DNA of 46,698 nt, taken from a virus. Its lineage: Duplodnaviria; Caudoviricetes. The notes beneath the pieces are model-generated. The model worked only from the letters and a program-made list of their open reading frames with translations. It made no database searches and was not told the origin of the DNA. Where the stretch lies: IMG/VR virus record IMGVR_UViG_3300028399_000010, positions 1-46,698 of that record; one strand, written 5' to 3'. The position numbers and the translations under genes were made by a program. This document shows positions 8,985 to 19,500 of this stretch, piece after piece; the stretch's first letter is position 1; each line of letters starts with the position of its first letter.

Positions 8985-9350
8985 ATGAAACTAATTGACA
9001 ATGATGGAAATAGACTAATTCTTGGTGATGATGGTATTTATTTAAAACTGAAGGGTGATCCAAGCACCAGAAAAATACTATCATTCACAGGTGGTAAAAT
9101 AGTTAAATATGTTAAAAAGAAAAACATATTTAAACCAAAGAATGGAAAGGAGATGATTGGTTTCAACTATTACTCATTAAAACTCCTAAAAGAAAGAACC
9201 AAACTCAGAACAATATATGTTAGATATGGAAGAACAATGAGGTCAATTAATATTGATGAGTTATTGGAGCATGGAAAATTTTTACATTTCCTAAAATCAG
9301 GATTTGAACTGCAAACATTTTATATGTTAGAAAATATGAATGAAGTATAA
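8985..9350 (+). CDS. basic hypothetical protein
   Basis: AAGGA SD; Lys-rich. Confidence 0.7.
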   Translation: MKLIDNDGNRLILGDDGIYLKLKGDPSTRKILSFTGGKIVKYVKKKNIFKPKNGKEMIGFNYYSLKLLKERTKLRTIYVRYGRTMRSINIDELLEHGKFLHFLKSGFELQTFYMLENMNEV

Positions 9351-9383
9351 TTATTTTAATAAACAAATGAAAGGGCAAAACAA

Positions 9384-9707
9384 ATGGAAGAGAAAAAGAC
9401 GAAGTGGCAAGCAGTAAAAGAAGGAGGGCTTAGTGGTGGTGACGGTGGGCAAATTGAAAAATCACTCACAAAAGCAGAAAAAATAGACAGAGCTATAAAC
9501 AGACTTGTATATGAGGTAGAAGCTCTTTCGGTCGCAATCAATGAAATACATGCAGGTGCGAACTCCACTGGTATGAAAGCTGAAACAAAGAAGGTTAAAT
9601 CAAAACAATCACTTCTTGAAGTTCTTGATTCAACACCAGAAAGAATAGAAATTATCAGTAAAAGACTTGTTGAATTAAGAAGTCAATTAGTTGAATTGTT
9701 ATTCTAA
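9384..9707 (+). CDS. coiled-coil hypothetical protein
   Basis: Heptad-like helices. Confidence 0.7.
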   Translation: MEEKKTKWQAVKEGGLSGGDGGQIEKSLTKAEKIDRAINRLVYEVEALSVAINEIHAGANSTGMKAETKKVKSKQSLLEVLDSTPERIEIISKRLVELRSQLVELLF

Positions 9708-9732
9708 ATATTATAGAAAGGAGTTATGACTT

Positions 9733-9843
9733 ATGGATATTCCAGTTAAACAACTACTGAAAATACTAAGCTCAATAAGAAAAGCAATATTCCATATGAA
9801 AATAGCTGAAAAAGAAATAAATAAGAGAATAAATAAAAGCTGA
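9733..9843 (+). CDS. 36-aa basic helical peptide
   Basis: AAAGGAG upstream; MDIPVKQLL...NKS*; stop abuts the convergent stop at 9844. Confidence 0.4.
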   Translation: MDIPVKQLLKILSSIRKAIFHMKIAEKEINKRINKS

Positions 9844-12800
9844 CTACTCCTTATCACCAAAAAAATCAGAAACTCTTAGCATATATGAAGCAAATAATGA
9901 CAAATAGACAGGAATAAGCAGTCTCATAGTGTCCTCAGCAGTCCTTCTTATAGCATTTTCTGCTTTTTTCCTGTCTTTGTCATCATCGCCAGCAAATAAT
10001 GAGAATAATAACCACCTTATTGCTATATTAACTGGAAACGATAATACAGGGCTTTCTATTCCCCTCATTGCTGTAGCTGGAAGTCTTCCACCAAACGACC
10101 TGAGAATATAATCAACTTTACTTAAATTTCCAACTAAGGCAGACATAATAGTTCCAAGTCCCCTGCTTAGTATCATTCTTGCCATAGATAATGCTTCATA
10201 ATCAAGTTTCTCACCAACTAAATTTTCCTTTGCTGGATTTAGAACATCTGTAGTAGCCTTTAATAACCTTGTCATCATATCTGTATAAGTATCACTTCCA
10301 GCCATAAATGCTTGTCTTACATTTCTTCCAAATACAAATGATTGTTTTAATGGATAATCTTTAAATTGTCTTATAGTTTGTCCAAAACCTTTTCCCGCTT
10401 CAGGGGCATGAACTTGAGCCATATTAAACTGGTGAGATTCAACGCTTAATCTTCCGGCAAATGCCGCATCTGGGCTTAAAAATCTATCTTTAATACCTGG
10501 AACTATTGTACTTTTATCATTTTTCTTGCTTCCAAGATTTCCCATTGCATCTGCAGCAAGAACACCCATTATATAATCAATTTTTCTATTCTGACTCTCA
10601 GTCCCAACAAATGTAAACCACTTATTAGGGTTCTCACCAAGCCCAGCACCATTAAAGAACCATGTTAATTTCCATGATATAAACTTTTTTAACTGTGTGT
10701 CTTTTACTTTTCCAACAATCTTGATATAATTCTTTTTTATAAACTCAGTATTATTACTATTCTTATCTGCTTTTGCTAAATTAATCCAACCTTCTCTTAT
10801 TTCTTTCCTTAGCTCAATCAAATACTTAATTTCTTCTTCTTCTTTCATGCTCCTTGATTTTTTCAACCGTCTCTGTAACATTCTGTCAATAAATCCATCA
10901 ATTAATGGATGCCCTTTTTCAATAAACATCTTCTTATCCATTAGAAGCAGTTTACCATAATCAAGTAAATTGTTTGGGTGTGGAACAGGCAATGGCACTT
11001 TTGGAAATTGATAAAATAAGGCATCATTCCAATGTAAATCAGAAACAGTTGTTAATATAATATCATTTAAAAATGTTAATTGGTTTGTAGCTCCACCATA
11101 ATCAGCTATATATGTCCATTTATCAGCATCTGGCCCTTCAATTCTTTCAATAGCTTGTTTATACATATTTAACCCAAATATAATAATTGGATTTGCAACT
11201 TGTCCCCTATTTGTAAGTGCTGGCCATGAACCAAGTGTTAGTGTGGTTATAAATCCTTTTGCATGTTTAAATAAAGTGTCAACACTTTCTGCTGTCCATC
11301 TATCTGTTCCAAAAATTTGGTTCATTCTCTTTGCTATATTTGGTGAACCAACATTAAAACTCAATGGCCCAAGTGTAAACTTAGCATCCAAATATGGGTC
11401 TCCCATAGCAGACTTAACTTGGTTTGTCATATATCTTATTTGTTCAAATGGTGGTTTTTCCTTTCCATATATTTCTTGAATTTCAGTTATAGCCTGAACA
11501 GTATCAGCAAGTAATCTATTTTTTAATAATCTGTTAAAAAGAATATCAAGATATGCCATTTTTGCTTCATTATCTTTTCTTCTTAGCATATCATTTGTAA
11601 AAGGTTTTCTATGTTTATACATTAATGGTCTTTGCTCAAGCACAGTTCTATTTCCAGAAAATATTTCCTGTGTATCCATGAAGTCTTGCCGTGCTTTTTC
11701 GAGTTCCATAGCTTCTTTTTCACTTAGTTCTTCAAACTCAAGTTTACTATCAATTTCATTAATAGAATCAAGAACAAACTTGTCATATACTTTATCAAGA
11801 AACATTGACGGAAAATAGTTCTCACTTTTCTTTGACATAAACATAGCTAATGAACTTACTTCATTAGTTTCTTCATCATAAGACATCCTATTCTCAACAC
11901 CAAGAGTTTGCAAATCTCTGAATATATTTTCAGCGGCAATCTTACGCCTCTCATATAAATCAGCATCAAGTTCACCTTTTTCAACTAAATCATCTAATCC
12001 CTTCATCATTGTTGAATGTGCTTTTTTAAACCATTTAACAATATCAGCATTAGTTGAATTTGTCCACTTGACTGAAACATCCCACAATTCGTCAAATATT
12101 GATCGCATCTCATGTAATGCTTCCCATATATTATTATAACCATCATCAGTTATTTCAGTTTCAACCAAAGAATCCGGTGGTTGTTTTTTCATATATTCAA
12201 AACCAACGTATTCTTTATCTGTTGAATCCTTTATTGGTTGCATAAATTTATTTAGTTTAGGCCCAAACTTTTCCTGGTCTGATGCCCTATAAAATCCGGG
12301 TTGAAATGCTTTAACAGTTCTTGCTACTCCAGTTTCATCTCTTATAACTTCTGTTAAATCATTTATGTTTAACATTACATCAGAATCTCTTGTATTTGGA
12401 TTATAGTTATTAAATGGGTCAAAATAATAAACTTTATTACCAGCAGTATCCTCATGACCAACTATATAAGTATTATAAACTTCACCAATATCATCTTCGC
12501 CCTGTTTAACCATTACATAGTTTATATTATACTCACCAACTCTCTTTGTATGGATATATGGAGACTTTTGGTCTAATTTACCTTTAACAGCGCTTGCCTT
12601 TAGCATCCATTTTATTTTTCTTATATCCTCAGCACTTGCTTTCCTAACATCAACTGGCATTAACTTTCTTACCTCACCATGCCCAAGCTCATCAATTAAG
12701 TGTGTAGTCCCGCTTTCAAATATTTTGTCACGTATATAATCTCTTGAACTCTTACCACGAGGAAACCAAAAATCATTGCCATTAACAATCATTTTAGTGC

Positions 12801-13560
12801 CAGTTCTATCGTCCTCAACAATATAACCATCTATAACTGCTTTATTTTGTTTATTGTATATAACTTCATGTAATGTAACATCTATAGGCTCACCACGAAA
12901 ACCACCTTTTTTACGTTTTCCTTTTATCTTTAATCCACTTATTGGTTTTAAAATAAGGTCATTTAAATCAATTATTCCTGACTTTTCAAGCGAATCAGTG
13001 TATGCTCGTACATTTCTATTAATAATTCTGAAGCGTTCTCTATACTGTAAAACGAACTGCTGTATTCTATCATTAAGTAAACCAGCTTCTCTGACTATTT
13101 TTGATACTTTCCCTGTTTTATCAAGTCTGAATGAAACATAATCAGGATAAGCCTGGCTTTTCATTGTCTTGTTCATCTCTTTATTTTTCAAGTATATAGC
13201 ATCTTTAGTCAGTTTAACTAAAGCCTTCATAGTTCTTGTTCCAACAAACGCAAAGTCAATAACCTTACCACCAATTTTCTTTGGTAAATAATCAGCAAAA
13301 GCGTCAATAATATCCTCAGGGTCTACAGTCATAAATCCAAGTGTAAACCTATTTGCAACATCAATTGTATGGTCAAGTAATAGATTATACAATTCCTTAT
13401 GATATTTATAAACATCCTTGTAATTATCATCCTTTATATCTTCAGGATTGAGTGGCTTACCAATGAAATTTTCAATGGCAGTTTTAGCCCTTAGTTCATA
13501 GTCATTGTTATACAACTTGTATAATTCGTTTACCGAATCTGATCCTGGTTCACACTTCAT
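9844..13560 (-). CDS. large internal virion (ejection/cargo) protein, 1238 aa
   Basis: Last gene of the late region; helical, hydrophobic C-terminal segments; single Cys at residue 3. Confidence 0.75.
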   Translation of the reverse strand: MKCEPGSDSVNELYKLYNNDYELRAKTAIENFIGKPLNPEDIKDDNYKDVYKYHKELYNLLLDHTIDVANRFTLGFMTVDPEDIIDAFADYLPKKIGGKVIDFAFVGTRTMKALVKLTKDAIYLKNKEMNKTMKSQAYPDYVSFRLDKTGKVSKIVREAGLLNDRIQQFVLQYRERFRIINRNVRAYTDSLEKSGIIDLNDLILKPISGLKIKGKRKKGGFRGEPIDVTLHEVIYNKQNKAVIDGYIVEDDRTGTKMIVNGNDFWFPRGKSSRDYIRDKIFESGTTHLIDELGHGEVRKLMPVDVRKASAEDIRKIKWMLKASAVKGKLDQKSPYIHTKRVGEYNINYVMVKQGEDDIGEVYNTYIVGHEDTAGNKVYYFDPFNNYNPNTRDSDVMLNINDLTEVIRDETGVARTVKAFQPGFYRASDQEKFGPKLNKFMQPIKDSTDKEYVGFEYMKKQPPDSLVETEITDDGYNNIWEALHEMRSIFDELWDVSVKWTNSTNADIVKWFKKAHSTMMKGLDDLVEKGELDADLYERRKIAAENIFRDLQTLGVENRMSYDEETNEVSSLAMFMSKKSENYFPSMFLDKVYDKFVLDSINEIDSKLEFEELSEKEAMELEKARQDFMDTQEIFSGNRTVLEQRPLMYKHRKPFTNDMLRRKDNEAKMAYLDILFNRLLKNRLLADTVQAITEIQEIYGKEKPPFEQIRYMTNQVKSAMGDPYLDAKFTLGPLSFNVGSPNIAKRMNQIFGTDRWTAESVDTLFKHAKGFITTLTLGSWPALTNRGQVANPIIIFGLNMYKQAIERIEGPDADKWTYIADYGGATNQLTFLNDIILTTVSDLHWNDALFYQFPKVPLPVPHPNNLLDYGKLLLMDKKMFIEKGHPLIDGFIDRMLQRRLKKSRSMKEEEEIKYLIELRKEIREGWINLAKADKNSNNTEFIKKNYIKIVGKVKDTQLKKFISWKLTWFFNGAGLGENPNKWFTFVGTESQNRKIDYIMGVLAADAMGNLGSKKNDKSTIVPGIKDRFLSPDAAFAGRLSVESHQFNMAQVHAPEAGKGFGQTIRQFKDYPLKQSFVFGRNVRQAFMAGSDTYTDMMTRLLKATTDVLNPAKENLVGEKLDYEALSMARMILSRGLGTIMSALVGNLSKVDYILRSFGGRLPATAMRGIESPVLSFPVNIAIRWLLFSLFAGDDDKDRKKAENAIRRTAEDTMRLLIPVYLSLFASYMLRVSDFFGDKE

Positions 13561-16500
13561 TTATTTACATGATTCCTTTAAATTTTCAAATAATTTACTT
13601 ACATTAGCAACATGCTCAGATGGTTTAATTTCATTCATATTCTGTGTAAGTTCATTATGCCATAGTTTCAAATAACCTTTCAAAACACCACCATCCATTA
13701 ACTGGAATGGAAGTATCCTGCCAACGTTTTTTATTCTAAACCGCTCACCCTCTCTTTTTATTCCCGTCAGAAAAAACAACGAAGCAAGAGACCTTTCGTT
13801 CTTGCTCATACTTTTAAACTCATCATAATATTTTTCTACAAACTTCTGAAAACTTTCATTATATTCATAAGTAACATATTTATTATCTTCATCTTTAATA
13901 AATTGTGTTTCATTACTATAAATTTTGTAAAACTCATTACCAACTTTATTTGCAAAATTATAGGCATTTCTAACTTCTTCTTTTGTAAAACCATCTATAT
14001 TTGCATCACCAATAATTATGCCATCTCTACTCATATTTTTAACAATTTTATCAATAACGTTGTAATGAGCATTCCTCTCAAATTTAGATTCTGCTATTAT
14101 TAGCGGAACAATTTTACTCCTGATAATATTTTTAATAATAGCCCTTGTTCTTAATTTTTTATGTTCTTCACTTTCTATTATATTTCCAGCCTCATCTTTC
14201 TTAATCTTAGAATAATACTTATCAAGCTCAGCATCAAGCCTTTTATTATATCTCTCCATCTGCACCGCTGGTTGTTTTAATAAATGTTCAGTAACACCAA
14301 CTTTACCATTAACAGAAATTTCTTCTATCGAAGAATTAAGATATGGATACTTTCTAATAATAATATCACGTATCATTTTGCCTTGTTCTTTTGCTGGTAA
14401 ACTTAACAAATTATTAAGCTCATAACTCTTATGAAATATTTCCTGAAAAGTCATTTGCCTTCCATCCATACGACCATTTTTAAAGTTTGAATCATTAAAC
14501 GTTGAAACAATGGCAGATAATGCAATCGCAGTTGGCTTATCAAAACCTTCGATATTTTCACCATCAACTTTAAACATTTTCCTCAATATAAATGTTTTAT
14601 TATAACCAATAGCACCAAGAAATCCATGTTTAGGATTATCTGCGGCCATTTGCAAGTATATTGACAAGCTATTTTCAAATGTAGTTGCTAAATATGCTTC
14701 ATCCTCATTAAGAAAATCTTGGTATGTTTCTATTTTGCTTCCATCTCCACGAATAATAAAATCACCTTCAACATTAAACTTATTAAACTTTTCTTCTGTC
14801 AAACCTTTTTTATCAAGTCTCAATGGTATTGAAACAATCTCATTTGGATCTCTAACTGTATATTTTTTACCATCTATAACAACTGAAAAATCTTTCATGA
14901 ATAATTTATTCGATACCATCTTAGCAATAATTATTTGAGCAAGTGCACCATCTGACCTTGCATTATTGGCCATTATTCTTGCAACATCATCCCTGGATGA
15001 TGATGAGGTACCTTCCATTACATCTGGATATATATCTAAATCACCAGATGAACTTCTATCTCTTGACCTGAATTCGTCACTATTTATCAATGCTTTAATA
15101 GCATTCGCAAAACCCTTATCACTAAAAATCTCTATATTTGCTGAGTCCCCATCAAAATCTGCTTGTAATGGGCCTTTTACATCATCATTATGTAAAAATA
15201 TAACATCACCATGACCTCTTTCAACAAACCCTTTTAACTTATATACACCAACTGCAGATGCTTTTTCAATAGGCGGTTTTGATAGCAATACTTCAAAATT
15301 ATTATACTTCAGCCAGTTATTTAGTGAATCAATATTCCAGTCACTATTACGATTCAAACCCATCTTCTTTAACACTGCATTTACAGCAGCAACATTATCA
15401 ATACTAACAGCAAATTCTTTTGGTTTTAGACTAATATCAACCATTGGCTTTAAGTATAGCTTAGTTCCATTTCCTGGATTCCTAAGTTTAAACATACCAT
15501 CAATAATAAATGAATTTGCAAGGTATGGAAGAATTTGGACTAAATACTGTCTATTAATTAAACCTTCACCATCTTTAACTAATCCAGTGATATATTGCAG
15601 CTCAGTTGGAAGTTTTCCTTCAACTGGTTCTCTGTAAATTAAATCTCTCAAAACACTTGGAAGGTCATTTGCCTCAAGTATTTTATCCATATACTTTTTT
15701 GTAACAATATTAATATGTTTCATAACAGCTCTTTTAGCTGTTTTAAATAAATCCTGGTTAATTTTTGGACTCCAAACCTGTTCCCACCATGCTAATGGAT
15801 GAGATGGATTTGTTTTCGCTTTTTCACCAGGAGTGATTATAACCTTTGTAGCATTTTCTGGTAACATGTGTATTTTATAAAAATCAGTAAACTTTCCAGA
15901 AACCTGTTTTGCTTCATTTGTACTTATTAAAGAATCAAACTCACCTATAACTTTTCCATTCTTGTCAAGATGTTGAAAATAGGTTCTTCCATCTTCATAC
16001 TCAGCAACCCTTGCAAATGGGGTATTCTCACCTTTTTTATAAAATTCCATTCCTAATAATGGTGTCATATCTAACATCTTAACACCAATATAATCCTTCA
16101 AATCATCTGATAAATATTCTTGAGCTGTTTTGATTACAGAAAGCTCTGTACCATCATCTGTTTCTGGTGTTCTCCCAATAGCTTCTTGAATGTCAAACAT
16201 TCTCTTACTTCCAGTTATTTTCCAGCCATCAAATAAATTATATTCACCTACTTCATATGATACATTTTTATCTCTAACCTTTACTATAACATCATCGGCA
16301 TTAATAAGCATTATAAATTCTGGGCCAGAACCTATTGGAACAAAGCCTTCAGTTAAACTTATTCTCAATCTATTAAAAGTATCCTGAACTGACTTTTCTC
16401 TCATCAAGTAATCTAAACCTTTAATCTTTTTCATTACCTGATGTTTACCATAAATCTGATTCCAAACCTTTGGATTATAACTTTCAATAACCTCACCATC

Positions 16501-19500
16501 ATTAATAAAATTCTTATAATGTTCCTCAGTTATTGTTTTCCCAATTTCACTTTTTAAGTTTTGAACAATCTCATCTTTTGTCATATTCAGAACATCTTTT
16601 GGGACACCGCTTATTATTAGTTTTGAATCTCCAGCCTTACCAGTTGAACCAAGAAAAAATAACAAGCTATTGTTTCCATCATAGCTATCAAGAAACATTC
16701 TGTCAAGCTTCTTAATGAAAGCAGATGAAAATTCAATAGATGCTTTTCTATAAAAATCACGTTTCTTATTATATTTAACAATATCCTTAGCAAGCAAATA
16801 AATTACATTTGTAAAACCTCTATCCTCAATAAAATTGGTTGACTTAGTATCTGGCAACTTTCTACCAGTTGCAAGTTCTGTGCCATCATTAACAGAAAGT
16901 CTTGGATTGACAACTTTATTCCATCCAATAGCATCAAAAACAAGATTTAAATATAGTCTCCCTTCATTTCCAATTTTCTTTGCTACTGGTATTTTATAAC
17001 GTTGTTTTACAAAAAACTCTTTAGTTTTATTAACAAACTGTGTACTATTCTCAAGGTATTTTGCATTTGGAAAATTCTTGTTAATATAATCAATATACTC
17101 AGCTTTGAATGAATCATAATTTGTATTTTTCTTTGCTATATTAACAAGTTCTGAATGTTGAGTTGGTGTAACATAGGAATTAAATATATTACTAAAATAG
17201 TTATCTAAGTAAACAGTCCCATCCGCTGTATTCTCAACTCCAAGTCCATCTTCTTCAATACCATCATCATTTGTGACTTGTTCGGTTCTTTGGTATACTA
17301 TTTCTACATCATTTGTTGTTGATATTTTAGTTTCAAGTTTTGAATACTTACCTTTAAAAAAGTTTTCAGCAAGAACTTGAGTTGCAGCATCCTTATCACC
17401 AAATAATGTTTTTACCTTTAACCAGAATTGTTTAAGCCATTGTGATAACCAATTCTTAGCTTTCTTATCCTGGATTCTATTTGCATAATACTCACCAACA
17501 TATTGTGTCAGCTTTTCCATGCTTCCAAATCTTTCAACAGCCATTTTGACAATAGACTGGTCACTAATAGAATTTGCTATAACATGAAAATACTCATGAG
17601 GTGCAGTATCAACTCTACCATCAGTAGTTGACCATTTTACTGTATTCCCAATGGCAACACCAACTGATTCAACACCATCAGTTTCTATAACACCTCTAAC
17701 CTTTTCTGTGTTTACAAATGGGTATTGTTCTTTAAGTCTGGTCTCAATTTTTACAGCAAGCTCTGGTTCTTCAGATATTAATGGTTGTTTACTTTGCCCC
17801 TCAATTTGAAAATTAACATCTAAATTTGAAATATCACCGATAACATTCCTTGCTTCTTTAGTTTTTTGCTCAACTGAAGTCTGTTTACCTTCACCCTTTA
17901 AAGACTTACTTGTGGTTGTGACTAAATTTTTTACCGCAAGCAAAACAGATTCAGATATATTTTTACCGTCTTCATCATTTACCTTTGAAAGTTCATCAAG
18001 AAATGAAGAATTTGTTATTGCCCCAGCAACAAACTCATTATCACTTTTAAAATAGTAATAATTTTTCTTGATATTTTTCATTGCTGTTATTCTAAGGCTT
18101 GAAATCTTATGCCTGAAAGCTAACTCTTTATTTGTTGGGGTTGCATTACTGAATGCGCCCTCTGTTATGATATGCGAAATTTCATGCAAGAATGTTTCAA
18201 CCTGCTTTTTTTGACTTACATTATTATTTAAAAAGACACCATGATCAAGTCCATAAACATAAGAACCGGCCATTTCTTTTCCATTAACTATAACTTTGTC
18301 AGCAAAATAAACTTTCGTACTTTTTGTATAATCATTCAAGACATTATTTAGATATGAAGCAATTGGAGTATTAATATCTTTTAACACAGTCCCAATAGTA
18401 CTTTCTTTCGTTATATTTTTATACTTAAGCCCAGCTTCATATGCGGTTTCTTTCAAAGCATCTGTAAGTTTTGCCACTTGCTCAGCTGGTTTAAACTCAA
18501 ATCTCATTAATGAAATTTTAGTTTTTTTACCATTAATAGTTATAGACCTATCACCATACTTAACAAATCCCTGCTTTTCCCAAAATCCTTCAGAACCAGG
18601 ATTAGCTTCAACTTCTATAAACTTTCTACCTTGAGCTTCTTTTAATCTCTTAAAAGCATTAACAATTTTTGTTCCTATTCCTTGTTTCTGCAACTCACTT
18701 GAAATTGATATTGTACCAATTCTATTTTCATAACCCTTCTTCGTTGGGGCACGTTCTATTTTAACTCCATCAATCTTTGACAACTCATCAATTTCAGACT
18801 GAGCTTGTATAATTACCTTTGCTTTTTCTGCATTACTTAGCTTGCTTATATTACTTACAGTAATTTTATTTTGTTCTATAGTTTGCTCAGGTAATTGCTC
18901 CTGTGAAACTATCTTAACAATTTTACCAGCTTTTAAATCTACCCACTTCTGTAAATCTTCAACAGATTGACCAATAAACTTTTTAAGAATAGGAGCAGCA
19001 CCATCAATCTTTCCATTTTTAACATTGACTTTAGCATTTATACTACCAATTTGTACTTGGTATGTTTCTTTTGCTTGTTTTTTTATAATCTCATCTTTTT
19101 CTTGAGTGCTCTGAACAGGCTTAAATTCAAGCTCACTAACATCTTCCCTTTTCTGCCTCAAAGTCTCAACATAATCGAGGTCAGGCTCAATATCATAATC
19201 AAGCACAGCCTCAGCTTCCATTGCATCAAGTTCTTCTTGTGGTAACTCAATATCTGGTTCATATACAGGTGTTTCTTCACTATAATATGGATTAAATTCA
19301 GGTACATAATCGCTATAACCAGGGTCTGATTTTACATTTGATAATGCTTCTGCTGCATCATAAGAATCTATAATTTTAACAAGGTCATCAATACTATTAA
19401 CCTCAATATTCCTCATTCCCTTTTTGAATGCAGCAATTTCAATATCTTTTAGAACTTTCTTTGCCGCCTCTTCATCAGTTGCTTCAAGCTCTTTTATATT

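Noticed and set aside
1216-9568. - strand ORFs in the left arm
   Set aside because: Antisense shadows of coupled + strand genes
13558-13563. Readthrough fusing the two giant genes, or a split intein at the junction
   Set aside because: TAA is directly followed by ATG with AAGGA upstream, fitting reinitiation; no intein motifs (N-terminal C1 block, C-terminal HN)
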